From a virus: a DNA stretch of 56,846 nucleotides. A program made the position numbers and the translations under genes. Shown here in pieces: positions 8,457-19,300 of this stretch (the stretch's first letter is position 1; each line of letters begins with the position of its first letter). Under the pieces are notes generated by a model that ran no database searches, had not been told where the DNA came from, and saw nothing but the letters and a program-made list of their open reading frames with translations. Location of the stretch: the IMG/VR virus record IMGVR_UViG_3300045988_088058, positions 1 through 56,846 of that record. One strand, written 5' to 3'.

Positions 8457-8876
8457 CTAAATTTTAGCCTTTCCAAAACGAATTCCTTCTGACACAGAAA
8501 CGATGACAGCAGGAAGAATCGTTTCCTGGTCAATTTCACCGTGATAAATCATGTCTTCGAGCAGTTTCGTGTTGATAACAGGCTTGTATTCGATAAGGCC
8601 GGAAAGTTTTTCGCACATTTCTTCAGTTTCAGCTTCGTCAACTAATTTTTCGATAATTTCTTTCAGCAGCTCTTCGTTCATAGTCGAGCGCTCAGTTTGA
8701 TAGAATGTAGCAGAAAAGTGCTTACCTTGAGCAGACTCGATGTCGTTTTCCTTCATGTACTCCTTTAGAGCGTCGCGCAAGGTTTTAACCTGCTTTTCCA
8801 TGTCGCCTTTAGTAGCGTTCAATTCACCTGCTTCCTCAATTGCTTCAAGGAACTGTTTCTCATCTTTAAATTTCAT
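8457..8876 (-). CDS. Hypothetical coiled-coil-like protein
   Basis: Open frame with charged helical composition and tight packing with neighbours. Confidence 0.8.
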   Translation of the reverse strand: MKFKDEKQFLEAIEEAGELNATKGDMEKQVKTLRDALKEYMKENDIESAQGKHFSATFYQTERSTMNEELLKEIIEKLVDEAETEEMCEKLSGLIEYKPVINTKLLEDMIYHGEIDQETILPAVIVSVSEGIRFGKAKI

Positions 8877-9217
8877 TAGTTCTCCAATCCATGTTCTGCT
8901 TTAAATGCTCTTGCATCTTCTCTAATTGACTCTCGGTCAGTTTTCCCTACAAGAGTTCGAGTGTAGAATGCTAAGTCACCTCGCATTAAGTTATCCCTAA
9001 AGCGTCTCAACTTATTAACTCCTTCGTCATCCCAGTAACGTGACCCGCGATTGTCAAGGTCTGTTCTAGGATTTGGAAGAACGAACGGAAAATGAATGTT
9101 ATTTTCCTCAGCATATTCTTTTGCTTCGTACCATACATTAATCGTAGAGAGAGACCGGTTCAACATTTGACAGACCTCTCCTACTTTATACCAATTTTTA
9201 TCTTCTGCGAATTTCAT
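8876..9217 (-). CDS. MerR/excisionase-like HTH DNA-binding protein
   Basis: NWYKVGEVCQMLNRSLSTINVWYE helix-turn-helix-like start. Confidence 0.6.
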   Translation of the reverse strand: MKFAEDKNWYKVGEVCQMLNRSLSTINVWYEAKEYAEENNIHFPFVLPNPRTDLDNRGSRYWDDEGVNKLRRFRDNLMRGDLAFYTRTLVGKTDRESIREDARAFKAEHGLEN

Positions 9218-9428
9218 CTAAATACCTTTCAATTATTTTGCATTGCTCCTTGTTGAGCAGTTTGTCAAGTTTTAAAATTCTAGTTGCCAGATTTTCTGGA
9301 ATTTGAAGAAGCTCTGCCAGCTCTTTAGGTGACATATTCAGCTCTTGAGCCAGCTCTAGTGCAGTTTTCCTTCCGTTCCTGTCAGGCTTCCTTTTAGTGT
9401 CTTTCCTTAATATGGAGATAGTTTTCAT
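9198..9428 (-). CDS. Small HTH-like protein (track ORF extends to 9461)
   Basis: TALELAQELNMSPKELAELLQIPENLATRILKL; ATG at 9426-9428 is the first ATG in frame; no convincing RBS for either start. Confidence 0.6.
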   Translation of the reverse strand: MKTISILRKDTKRKPDRNGRKTALELAQELNMSPKELAELLQIPENLATRILKLDKLLNKEQCKIIERYLDEIRRR

Positions 9429-9429
9429 T

Positions 9430-11121
9430 CTATTTAAGCAGAATATCGAAAAGGTTACCAATCTTAGACTTCATTGGCTTACCGTCTACGATATAATCTG
9501 CAAGCTCTCCTTTCGATTCAATTAGGTCTTCTATACGCTCGTCGACTGTCCCTTTTGCAACTAGGGTATAAATTGTGACAGTATTCTTTGCGCCAATTCT
9601 ATGACACCTGTCCTCCGCCTGGTCCTTTTCAGCTCTAGTCCAAGGACTGTCTAGGAAAATAACGGTATCAGCTTTCGTCAAAGTGAACCCTGTCCCTAGC
9701 GCTCCAATAGTTCCAAGAATGACTGAAGGTTTTTCGTAGTTCATAAAATCTTCGATTTCTTTGAATTTGTCTTCCGTTGCTCCTGTCACTAAATTACATT
9801 TGACTTTTTTCGAAAGAAATTGGGTAAGCGGTTCGATAACCTTTTCCCAGTTGCTGAAAATTACGCAGGACTTTTCCTGCTGTATGCATTCTTCTACAAG
9901 TTCAATGCACCTTTCAAACTTGCTAGATTTTACATCTTGCGTGGTAAGAATTGAAGGATTTCCAGTAGCTTGTCTCAATCGAATTGTCTCGGACAAAGGG
10001 TTTGGCATGAGCTTTACCTTATCAATTTCTTCGACAAGTTTAGTCAAAACTTCCTTATAGATTTTTGACTGTTTCGAGTTCATGTCGACATATTCAGTGA
10101 CTCGAATCTTTTCAGGCAAGTCTAGAACTTCTTCCTTTGTTCTTCGAAGCATGTATTCATTCACAAGGTCGCGAAGTTCATTCAGGTTTCTATACCCTGT
10201 TATCTGGTTGAACTGGTCGACGATACAGTACCGCTCTTTGAACTGAGTCAAGGTATGATGTTCCGCTCCTAGCCATTTCATGACATTGAATACATCTATA
10301 GGATTATTCATTAAAGGAGTTCCTGTAAGGCCCATCTTGTAGTAACTCTGGAGCTTTTGAATTGAAGCCCCTTGCTTACTTGAAGGATTCTTACACTTGT
10401 GAATCTCGTCAATGATAACCATTCCAATTTCTCCGCTCTTTGTTAGTTCATTCAAGTATTTAATGAAGACAGCATCGCGAAGAGTCTCAACGTTGGTTAT
10501 AAGGAAAAATTCATCGTGGTCTGTAAGAAGGTCATCAGCTCGTTTAGAAACTCCGTCAATCACTAATTTTCCATCTTTGGTGACGCGACTTCCTAAAATA
10601 TGAGCAGATTCATTTGAGTGAACGCCTACTTCTTTTGCCCAATTCCATTTTAGACCGGATATGCAGCATACTATCAAACAGTGCTTGAAACTAGACTTTC
10701 TGCTAACAGCAATATCAATTGCCTGTTTAGTTTTTCCTAATCCTTGCTCGTCGCCTAAAAGGAAACACGGATGGTCTTTTGCATATTCGAAACATTCAAC
10801 CTGATGAGCGAAAGGAACAGTTTTGAATGAAAACTGGTCATTGCTCGAAGACGCGATTTCATTGCGCGAGTTGATATAGTTTTGAATGTCCTTGTCAAGC
10901 TCTCCGAATATATGAAGCTCCCATTCATCTAAGGCGTCTAAAACATTGTTGAAATAACGATAAGGAATTTCGAAATTATTAGAAGCCGTCTCAACAACTT
11001 TGGGCAAGCTAGATATCTTATCTGCCATTCTTATTGCATCTTCGTCAGTGCTTGCCCAAGTTTCAATGAAGATAGTTCGACCACGTCTTTCTTTTGAGCG
11101 TGCTATAACTATTTCAATCAT
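9430..11121 (-). CDS. SNF2/DEAD-like helicase
   Basis: LGDEQGLGKTKQAIDIA; IIDEIHKCKNPSS; MGLTGTPLMN; QAEDRCHRIGAKNTVTIYTLVAKGTVDERI. Confidence 0.95.
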   Translation of the reverse strand: MIEIVIARSKERRGRTIFIETWASTDEDAIRMADKISSLPKVVETASNNFEIPYRYFNNVLDALDEWELHIFGELDKDIQNYINSRNEIASSSNDQFSFKTVPFAHQVECFEYAKDHPCFLLGDEQGLGKTKQAIDIAVSRKSSFKHCLIVCCISGLKWNWAKEVGVHSNESAHILGSRVTKDGKLVIDGVSKRADDLLTDHDEFFLITNVETLRDAVFIKYLNELTKSGEIGMVIIDEIHKCKNPSSKQGASIQKLQSYYKMGLTGTPLMNNPIDVFNVMKWLGAEHHTLTQFKERYCIVDQFNQITGYRNLNELRDLVNEYMLRRTKEEVLDLPEKIRVTEYVDMNSKQSKIYKEVLTKLVEEIDKVKLMPNPLSETIRLRQATGNPSILTTQDVKSSKFERCIELVEECIQQEKSCVIFSNWEKVIEPLTQFLSKKVKCNLVTGATEDKFKEIEDFMNYEKPSVILGTIGALGTGFTLTKADTVIFLDSPWTRAEKDQAEDRCHRIGAKNTVTIYTLVAKGTVDERIEDLIESKGELADYIVDGKPMKSKIGNLFDILLK

Positions 11122-11789
11122 AGTGAGGAAAGGTGAGAAGCTTCAATAAGCTCCATTGCGGTGTCGAGGTCAGACTCTGTGACAATTTTGAAAATTCCGT
11201 CAATTGCCCATTCGTACGATGCAGGAGCGATTGATGCAAGAAGTTTTTTCTGATCTTCTGTCAACCCTTTTGCACGAATTCCGATTGAAACACCTTTTCG
11301 AGTTTCTTCGATAGTAACGAAGTTCTTCTTAGTTCGGTAGGCGATGTAAGACTGAGTCACGATTCGATTGCTTGCAGGAAATGCTTCAGCAATTCGATTT
11401 TCAAGAGTTTTAGTGATAGCCATAACGCTCTCTTTTTTAGGAGCAGGTTTTCGAACAGTTGACTTTTCACTAATAGAGCCGACTTCTTCCGGCTGTTCTT
11501 TAACTTCAGGAATTTCTTCTTTAATAGCTTCCTTCTTAGTCTTAGGTACTACTCTACCTTTTCGAGCAGGTCGAGCAACTGCAGGAGCAGGTTTCTTTTC
11601 CTCACCCTCTGCTGTGTACCAACGTTCGATAGTTGAAGCGGATAAAGTAGTAACTGCGTCATCTACTAAAGATTTTAGCTCGGCTTTCTTCTCGTCCGCT
11701 TTAATTGAAACGACTTCGAATTGAGTAGAAGTTTTCTTACTTAAAATGATGCTTCCTTCTGTAAGCTCGCTGAATTTAATTTTTGACAT
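11118..11789 (-). CDS. Hypothetical protein; C-terminal DUF5655-like domain after Pro/Lys/Glu-rich linker
   Basis: ATG at 11787-11789 with GGAGG upstream; the track start at 11864 lies over the promoter. C-terminal IAYRTKKNFVTIEETRKGVSIGIR. Confidence 0.7.
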   Translation of the reverse strand: MSKIKFSELTEGSIILSKKTSTQFEVVSIKADEKKAELKSLVDDAVTTLSASTIERWYTAEGEEKKPAPAVARPARKGRVVPKTKKEAIKEEIPEVKEQPEEVGSISEKSTVRKPAPKKESVMAITKTLENRIAEAFPASNRIVTQSYIAYRTKKNFVTIEETRKGVSIGIRAKGLTEDQKKLLASIAPASYEWAIDGIFKIVTESDLDTAMELIEASHLSSL

Positions 11790-11831
11790 AATGTCCTCCT
11801 CGCCTTTCGGCTTTTTTATTTTTATAATTGT

Positions 11832-11860
11832 ATTATACAATAATGAATGAATAAAGTCAA
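11832..11860 (-). promoter_or_regulatory. Class I promoter: TTGACT-N17-TATAAT
   Basis: Minus TTGACT TTATTCATTCATTATTG TATAAT with AAAGTTCAACTTTTTT palindrome upstream. Confidence 0.8.
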
Positions 11861-11888
11861 GCACTTTTTGTAAAAAAGTTGAACTTTA

Positions 11889-11923
11889 AAAAAAATAAAA
11901 ACACCCTACAGATTTGCAGGGTG
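11889..11923 (-). terminator. Rho-independent terminator at the end of the late operon
   Basis: Minus CACCCTGC-AAATCT-GTAGGGTG followed by TTTTTATTTTTTTT. Confidence 0.85.
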
Positions 11924-12075
11924 GAAAGGGTCATATCAACCAACGTGTTGACAGTTTTATTATAAGAAAATGTTTTTAATAAGTAAATAGAGTAATATAT
12001 GACACAAAATCCCGCAAGGTTTGAACCATACGGGATTGAGAGATACATTTTAGAAAAGAGACTCCTCCTCTCTTT

Positions 12076-12441
12076 TTATAGATGCCAGTCCTCTGGCGAT
12101 ACAAGGTAGGTCGTATGGCCTACAAGGTCAATCTTAGTTCCAGGAGCAGGCATACCTACTGCGTTCACTAAAACATTTCCGCTTTCCAAAATAATGTAAT
12201 CAAGTTTTGCATTAGGCAAAATTTGACCATTTCGTAGAACTGCGCAAGAGATAAGCACGTTGTGCATAGGTCGAAAACCTTCTACGATTTTACGTCCGAT
12301 AGCATAGGTACCATTCTTATACGCTGTTCCTTGAGTGTTCAAGAATGCGTAGCACTCACCCTCTTCATTTCGTTGAAGGTAAATCTTTTCGCCGTTCAAT
12401 AGTTTGAAGTTTCCTTCAGCGTTTTCACTTACTTTCGACAT
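12076..12441 (-). CDS. Hypothetical protein downstream of the endolysin
   Basis: Open frame overlapping the endolysin start region. Confidence 0.75.
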   Translation of the reverse strand: MSKVSENAEGNFKLLNGEKIYLQRNEEGECYAFLNTQGTAYKNGTYAIGRKIVEGFRPMHNVLISCAVLRNGQILPNAKLDYIILESGNVLVNAVGMPAPGTKIDLVGHTTYLVSPEDWHL

Positions 12442-13339
12442 TTGACTCTCCTTGTCTAGTTGTGATAAGTCCGTCAGGTTCTACCCTGAATGCTTCTTTG
12501 TCGGCCATACGTCCGTCTTCTAATAGCATGTAGTAACCGCCATTATATGGAACGAATGTACTTGACTTCATGTCCCCGTTGGTAGCATCACAATAATACC
12601 AGTTATCGTAATACTTGATCCAGCCGGTTTGCATTGAACCGTCGCGGTTGAAGTAGTACCATACTCCAGCGATGCGCTTCCATGACGTAGCCATGTAGCC
12701 ATCTTTATCAAACCAATACCATTTACCATCGGTATGTTTGAGCCATTTTTCGGAGTACATATAGCCTGACTCGTCAAAGTAGAACCACGATTTATTGTCT
12801 TCGATATATTCGAACTGACCTTTTGGATAAGTTCCATTAGGGCGAACGTACCAAAAACCAGTGTCGTCCTTTTGCCAACCACGTTTAGGTTCAGCGGCTT
12901 GCTTGCCTGCATTAGTTAAACGATAAACGTAGAAATAAGGACGACCAGCAGCGAGCCAGCGTTCATCGTGGTCATTTACGGAGATCCCGTCATACGCCCA
13001 ATTACAGTGAATGATATTATCACTGTCAATGAACATACCTGTATGACCACCTGCACCAGATGAATACCCTTTACGGCCCCAGATGAAGATATCTCCACGT
13101 TGGGCGTCCCAAGGTTGGTTCTCACTAATTAGTTCATAACCGTTCTTTTCGAGCCAACCATGCTCGTATTCGGTATTGACTGCCCATCCTGCTGAGACGG
13201 CACCGCCGCTTAGCAAAGCATAGTAGATAGCACTTGAACAGTCATAAGAGTCTGGACCGTTTCGGTAGTCCATGCTATAAGATACTTGCCCCTTGCGGGC
13301 TTGCATCCAAGCAATACCTTCATCAATATTTACTCCCAT
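12425..13339 (-). CDS. pal: Endolysin: CHAP/amidase-type catalytic domain and choline-binding repeats, Pal-like
   Basis: [13 protein letters not shown]...[17 protein letters not shown] catalytic region; repeats such as [36 protein letters not shown]; strongly resembles remembered Dp-1 Pal. Confidence 0.95.
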   Translation of the reverse strand: MGVNIDEGIAWMQARKGQVSYSMDYRNGPDSYDCSSAIYYALLSGGAVSAGWAVNTEYEHGWLEKNGYELISENQPWDAQRGDIFIWGRKGYSSGAGGHTGMFIDSDNIIHCNWAYDGISVNDHDERWLAAGRPYFYVYRLTNAGKQAAEPKRGWQKDDTGFWYVRPNGTYPKGQFEYIEDNKSWFYFDESGYMYSEKWLKHTDGKWYWFDKDGYMATSWKRIAGVWYYFNRDGSMQTGWIKYYDNWYYCDATNGDMKSSTFVPYNGGYYMLLEDGRMADKEAFRVEPDGLITTRQGESNVESK

Positions 13340-13569
13340 TAGGCCTCCTGATCGTTTTCAGCTGCGGCTTCCTGTTCCTTTTGGTAGTTCTTGCTAGAAA
13401 CACCAAGGACAGTACCTGCGAAGGTAGCCACAAGAGCAATCGTTCCAGTGATAGCGTCTGTATCAAATTTATACAGAATACCCAAACCAGTAATCAGTGC
13501 AATCGCTGCTGGGACTACTACGGTTACGGTGCGTTTCGCTACGTCGTATTGTTCGTTAGATAGCTTCAT
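13339..13569 (-). CDS. Holin-like protein
   Basis: Two hydrophobic segments [17 protein letters not shown] and [17 protein letters not shown], adjacent to endolysin. Confidence 0.85.
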   Translation of the reverse strand: MKLSNEQYDVAKRTVTVVVPAAIALITGLGILYKFDTDAITGTIALVATFAGTVLGVSSKNYQKEQEAAAENDQEA

Positions 13570-13990
13570 TTATATCCTCATCCTCTCTAATTGGTAACTC
13601 CTTGTATTTATCAAACAAGGCTTCGACTTCACCATTACCTCCGAGATTTTTATAACTTTCGAACAAAATAGACAATTCTCTAAAGTGGTCTAAAGTTGTA
13701 TATCCTCGCATGACCTCGCGTTTTAGGTCGTGATAAAGACGGTAACGTTGAATCTTCCTAGTTCCGTCTTGTATGACGTCATTTTGGTGATTGATTGCTA
13801 CTGTCGTTTGGTCGATCCCGTCGACTTGTTGTTTTAGAGTGCTAAGGGTACTAGAGATATCCTCTAATACCTCTTTAGCTTTATTCGATTTCCATTCGAA
13901 TAACTTGTTCAACAGGACAGTAAGCACTCCGCTACACGCTGTGATAATTGTCGTTAGGACGGCCGTGTCTTTTAGCCACATTGGTATCAT
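13556..13990 (-). CDS. Putative second holin/accessory lysis membrane protein
   Basis: N-terminal transmembrane segment, coiled-coil middle, lysis cassette location. Confidence 0.6.
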   Translation of the reverse strand: MIPMWLKDTAVLTTIITACSGVLTVLLNKLFEWKSNKAKEVLEDISSTLSTLKQQVDGIDQTTVAINHQNDVIQDGTRKIQRYRLYHDLKREVMRGYTTLDHFRELSILFESYKNLGGNGEVEALFDKYKELPIREDEDINEAI

Positions 13991-14001
13991 CCTAACCCTC
14001 C

Positions 14002-14271
14002 TTATCCAGCGGCTCCAGCTTCTTCAGTCTTAGACTGTTCAGCTAAAATTTCATCTTCGATTGCGTACCGAGCTTCACGCAATTTTTGTTCGTCGCCTCG
14101 AAGTTCTCCGCGGTTAGCAGCGTATAGATCTGCGTCGTGCATTGTCTCGGATACTTGCGAAACGGCGTTGGCGTCAATATTGATAATTGTAGTTTTAACA
14201 ATTTTCTTTTCACCGCCTTGGGCTACGGAAAACTCAGCTACAATTTGTCGCGTCTTTGTAAGTTCTAACAT
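14002..14271 (-). CDS. Small phage protein between tail and lysis genes
   Basis: Open frame preceded by AAAGGAGGTG. Confidence 0.75.
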   Translation of the reverse strand: MLELTKTRQIVAEFSVAQGGEKKIVKTTIINIDANAVSQVSETMHDADLYAANRGELRGDEQKLREARYAIEDEILAEQSKTEEAGAAG

Positions 14272-14299
14272 CTTTAGTCACCTCCTTTCTATGAATTAT

Positions 14300-14309
14300 T
14301 ATAACATGA
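14300..14309 (-). promoter_or_regulatory. Class III extended -10 promoter ATGTTATAAT
   Basis: Minus CATGTTATAATAATTC in a 50-bp intergenic gap upstream of 14002-14271 and lysis genes; no good -35. Confidence 0.45.
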
Positions 14310-14321
14310 TTTCATTCTAAT

Positions 14322-16379
14322 TTAAATACGAAAACTGATATTATCTAAATTTAACCATTTATTATCTACCTGAGATTTTACCACTAATCGCCCATCGGGA
14401 TATACTCCTAAAATAGCATTTCCGTAGTCGTTATTCAGCGCTTGTAGATACATTGAACTTCGAGGTCTAAATCCTTCGGGAAGCATTGCGATAGTAGTCT
14501 CGGAACTGGTTGAACCTTTCCATACATTACCTTTTAGATAAACGATTCCATCAATGGACTTGGTGTAAAAGGCGTCCCCATAGTTTGTATAGTGGTTCCA
14601 GCCGTTTTGAAGAACTAATTTTTGCCAGCTATACTGTTCCATGTCCTGTTTAAATAAGAACTCCTTCCAGTTACCCGGTCTCCATCTACCGCCGTCATTT
14701 GCCGTGCGTAGAAACATTCTCCCGGACATTGCAGCGAAGAACTGAACCATTTTCCAGCTATCTAACCAGAAATTTTGAAATAGTCCCCACTCACCTCGCG
14801 TTCCTGTAGGATTGTCTTCGTATTTGTTACTTCGCCATGCAAACTCTGTAGCACGTTTGTTCCATACGTCGTTATGCTGACCAGCGTTCAATGCTCCATC
14901 TGGATTAGTGAGACGATGCTGCTGGATCTGTTGTCCGCGAGCGTAGATATCACCTCCGGCGTAGATGTTACCCCTTGCGTCAATAGAGCCGGGTGTTCCT
15001 TGTTCTACAATCTTACCAACTCCTAGCCGTCCGTCCTTGTCATAGTGTAGGACTACTGATTCAGTTGCTACCGTAGCACTAAATTCAGTTGACGTGAACC
15101 TGTCTTGGATTTTAGCTTTAACTATATAAGACTTATCTGGTCCGTAAGTACCAGCTAAATTAGCCGAGGAGTTAGTCAGCAGGGATATAGTAGTGAACGT
15201 CCCAGACGCTGAACCTCTATCTTCTACAAAGTTAGTAGAGTTCAGGGGTGCCACGGAGAAGGTAATTTGCATGATATTTTTCTGCGTACCTCCTACCGTT
15301 ATAGGTGCGACCTTAGCATTTCGAAGAGCTTGAATAATGGCAGGATTTTGACGAGTACGTTGAACGGAAAAATTGATAGACGGACCATAGTATTCAATGA
15401 CATTGATTTGAACATTTTGGACGTTCGATTGTTTTCCTCGCGTATCCGTTACCCAAGCTCTTACGGTAGCTGAACCATTAAAGTTCATCATCCCTAACTT
15501 ACCGCCGTTTTCATTGACCGCTAAGTTCTTACCAACGAGTTCGGCGTGAAATGCTTGGATAGTGGAGCCGTAGGCGCCGGAAGCATTGTTGAAGTTGACT
15601 TGAATGTTCGACATAATTTGAAGGAAGTTGTTACCTGTCAAAATTTGTCGAACCGCTGAACTAGTTTCTACTAAAGAAACTCCGGAAAAAGTAGGTCTTA
15701 CTGAATCAGGAATATTGAACTTCCATCCATTAGAATAGAAGTCACTGCCAATTTGCGTCGTACCGTTATAGGTTCGAATACAGATGTCCATAACTCCGGA
15801 ACTGGATTTAGGTAAGTATCTTGCTAAGTCCAGTGAAGGAGTGAAGGAAACGCTAGTAGTATGGTTCTTACCTAAATCAATCCAATCACTACCGAAAACT
15901 CGGTACCAAACTTGATGCGTAAATGAGTTCACTTTTCGATTGAAAATAATCGTATGTAAAGATCCTAGATCGCGATTTCCTTCAAAACTTGAAATCTGTG
16001 TAGACCTTGGAATAGCGTCCAAGGTGTAATTAGTAGAGATAGTGATATTTCCGTGAACGCCGTTATTCGGGTCAAAGGAAGCCCAAACAGACATCGTCTT
16101 AGTCCCGTCACTATTGTGAGGAACGGTCACTTCTCCACTTGCAAGCGTTACCTCTTCGCCGGACGTATCGTAGTCAGGGTGACTGCTATGAACACTTGAA
16201 CCATTTAACCATACGGAAAGGTTACTGATATTTCCGTAAGTCCATGTTCGATAAGCTCCGTCGCGGTCAATAGTAGCACGCCACCTAACCTTTGAAGAGT
16301 TATTAGTGACGTCCTGACTAATTTGGTCGACGTAAAGATTTAAGTGAAGAGGTCCATATGAGTTGATAAATTTTGTCAT
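14322..16379 (-). CDS. DUF859-like phage minor structural protein
   Basis: Large structural ORF after tail protein genes; ends with RPRSSMYLQALNNDYGNAILGVYPDGRLVVKS typical of streptococcal phage tail-associated proteins. Confidence 0.75.
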   Translation of the reverse strand: MTKFINSYGPLHLNLYVDQISQDVTNNSSKVRWRATIDRDGAYRTWTYGNISNLSVWLNGSSVHSSHPDYDTSGEEVTLASGEVTVPHNSDGTKTMSVWASFDPNNGVHGNITISTNYTLDAIPRSTQISSFEGNRDLGSLHTIIFNRKVNSFTHQVWYRVFGSDWIDLGKNHTTSVSFTPSLDLARYLPKSSSGVMDICIRTYNGTTQIGSDFYSNGWKFNIPDSVRPTFSGVSLVETSSAVRQILTGNNFLQIMSNIQVNFNNASGAYGSTIQAFHAELVGKNLAVNENGGKLGMMNFNGSATVRAWVTDTRGKQSNVQNVQINVIEYYGPSINFSVQRTRQNPAIIQALRNAKVAPITVGGTQKNIMQITFSVAPLNSTNFVEDRGSASGTFTTISLLTNSSANLAGTYGPDKSYIVKAKIQDRFTSTEFSATVATESVVLHYDKDGRLGVGKIVEQGTPGSIDARGNIYAGGDIYARGQQIQQHRLTNPDGALNAGQHNDVWNKRATEFAWRSNKYEDNPTGTRGEWGLFQNFWLDSWKMVQFFAAMSGRMFLRTANDGGRWRPGNWKEFLFKQDMEQYSWQKLVLQNGWNHYTNYGDAFYTKSIDGIVYLKGNVWKGSTSSETTIAMLPEGFRPRSSMYLQALNNDYGNAILGVYPDGRLVVKSQVDNKWLNLDNISFRI

Positions 16380-16389
16380 TTCCTTCTCC

Positions 16390-19300
16390 TTATCCTACAT
16401 ACCGGATCACGTTCATGTCCGGATTAAAAGAGTATTGTTCGGTTCTAAAACGGCCGACTTGAATGGATTGGGTAAAGATCCCGTTATCGATGTGAATAAC
16501 CCCTTGGGTAAGGTACATGACTTCCTTACCTGCAGAGAACATAGATATTCGATCACTTGATACCTTAATGGTAGAGCTACCGTCGTTTTTACCGATAATC
16601 AATCCTTCATTAGAAGAGCTCATATAACTGTCGACGAACTTTTTCAGTTCTCGTAACCCGCCAAGTTCTTGGATAGTAGCTTCAATTCGACTTGCGGCTA
16701 AGATTAGGTCGGCTTCGGATTTTTTAATAGCTTCTTCATTAGCTTTCATTCGACCTTCATAAGCCTTTTCTAAGTTACTTAGCTGTTCCATGGTTGCCTT
16801 AGCTTTCAGTTCTGCGTCATGTAACTGAGTTTTTTCAGTTAAGGCTAGCAACTGTTGATCCGTTAGCTTTTGGTTAGCTTTCTCGTCTAACTGAGATTGA
16901 ATATCTTCTACGGCTAAAGACCAGTCCGTTGGTACGTTACCGAGTTCTAATTTCATGCCGCAGATTTCGATATTACCTGGACCGTTTTGACCGAACTGAA
17001 TACCGTTGTTTTCCGTGTCCGCGGTAAATGATAGACTGTATTTGACCCAATTCTTGTTACGGATAGTCTTAAAGAGTACCCTGTTAGTGTCGTTCACTGT
17101 CCAAGCTCTCATTAGTAAGTTCACGGTATCCTTTTCACTTGTAGAGCTTACACGAGCCCAGCAGGATACGGTATAACGTTGACCTATAATAAGTTTAACG
17201 TTTTGACCTAAATCCTTGTTACCGCCATTCGTGTTGTTCTTAACTCTAATACCTTTTAGGATCCCAGGTACTGGATAATTGTCCAAGGTTAAAACTTCCG
17301 CGGTTCCGTTACCTCCAGACCGGATGCTCCAAGTAGGACTGACTCCGTCCTTGATAGGTAGTGTAGCAGTATTTCGAAGTAAGTTTTGTGAACCGACTTG
17401 AACATTAGCAAGACGGTCAAACCATTTATACTTAGTTCGGTCGGTACTGTCAGCTTGTGTATAATCGGAGTAATAACCCATATATTGTTGATTACGGTCT
17501 TCTAAACTGAACTCACGTGACCCGTCTGCGCTCGATGCGTAAGCTATATGGAAATAATTCGTCTTACCGTCTGCACCTGGCTTCCCTGGTATCCCTTGCG
17601 CTCCGTCATTACCCTTCCACTTCGTCCAGCGATAAGCTGCAGGGTCTTTTGAATGTTCTGGATTAAAATCCTGATACTGCCCAATGTAAGCTCGCCCTTG
17701 ATCCGTGTGACTAAATCCTTCACCATTAGGACTATCCGAGAACGCGATATGGGTATATTGCGAACGCCCATCACGTCCAGTAGGTCCAGGAATACCTTGT
17801 AACCCTTGCGGACCTTGTAACCCTTGTAGACCTCTTGGACCCGTTTCGCCGATTTTAGATACGGAATAACCAGTCTCGTTCGTGTTGTCTGTGTACGTCC
17901 AAACAGTCTTTGTCCAAAGGAAAAAGCCGGGTTGAACGTTTGGAATGTTCGAAGTCCAGTTCGTTGTAGGTGGAACAGTCCCAGAGGTAGAACCTGCATA
18001 GGTAATCGTCGTAGACTTGATCCCAACTCCATCCTTACCCGCTATACCATCACGTCCATTATTTCCGTCGCGTGGAATATAGGTCTTTTGGTAGCCAGTT
18101 TCATTAGTGTTGTCCGTGTAGGTCCAAATGGTTCGAGTCCATAGGTACTGACCTTTTATAAGCGCAGGAACTTGACTTGTCCAAGATCCAGGTTGAACAG
18201 TATCATTCATACTAATACCGTACATCACTGAAGTATTTTTTAGTCCTAGTCCGTTCTTACCTGGAACTCCATCACGTCCTGGATCTCCTTTAGCTCCGTC
18301 CTGTCCATTACGAGATACTGAATATCCCGTTTCGGTAGTTTTGTCCGTATAGCGCCAGGTTGTCTTCGTCCAAAGATAATGTCCTTGAGGGACAGTAGGG
18401 ACTTGAGTTGACCAACCTCCAGCAGGCGCAATAGTCGCGGAGTTCGAACTTGCGTACATAATTTCAGTAGCAGCTATACCGACTCCGTCTTTACCTGCGA
18501 TACCGTCTTTACCAGTGTTCCCATCTTGTCCAATATAGGCAACTGAATATCCAGTTTCATGCGCTCCGTCAGTATATCGCCAAAAGGTTTTCGTCCACAA
18601 GAAGCGTCCTTTGATTAGTTCAGGAACTTGTTCACTCCAACCACTTTCAGGCTCCTGCGTACCGGAGACGGACACGGCATAGGTAATCGAAGTATCTGCT
18701 ATACCTACTCCGTTCTTCCCTGCAACTCCGTCCACGCCGTCGCGTCCTGGAGTTCCTTGTTCTCCCTGAGGACCTTCCGGTCCTTGTAACTTAACCCAAG
18801 TGAAGTCGTCTGGGACAAGTTCATTAGGGTGTTTGGTTGTCGAAATAACCCCGATATACTTCCCGGATTCGGCGTTGAAGTTAGTTCCTAAGATATCGTC
18901 TGCGTACCTAATAACGACATGGGACTCCGTTTCAAGCTCTCCAGCTAATACACCCTCGCCGTCTTCGTTCAGTAAGTCCATCAAGTCCCGTCTTGGATCT
19001 TGGAACGTCAAAACAGACTGAGATAGGTCGTCATAGTCGATTTTTCGAGAAGAAATCTTGCGCCATTCGATAACACTATAATGGTCATCGACAATCAATT
19101 GAGTGTGATGTAGGTCGGGGATCTTTTTATACAAGACCGCTGAAGCCTCATACCCAATCAAAGGGCGACAGTAAATATCCAAGTAAGCCCTAGCAGCACT
19201 CATTAGATTTTCCTTAATCTTAAAACGTTCATCGCTTTTAGACTTTGCAATGTAGCGAGGACGCATTTGACGTGCAGTAAACCACGAGACGTCAATAAGG

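Noticed and set aside
9761-11724. Plus-strand ORFs opposite the SNF2 helicase and downstream genes
   Set aside because: Antisense shadows of long, clearly coding minus-strand genes without upstream RBS or promoter.
11857-12048. Minus-strand ORF 11857-12048
   Set aside because: Spans a terminator hairpin and the class I promoter; most likely spurious.
17544-18032. Minus-strand alternate-frame ORF of 162 aa inside the tail protein
   Set aside because: Arises from the low-complexity collagen/module repeats in another frame (YKGYKVRKGYKVF); no independent start signal.
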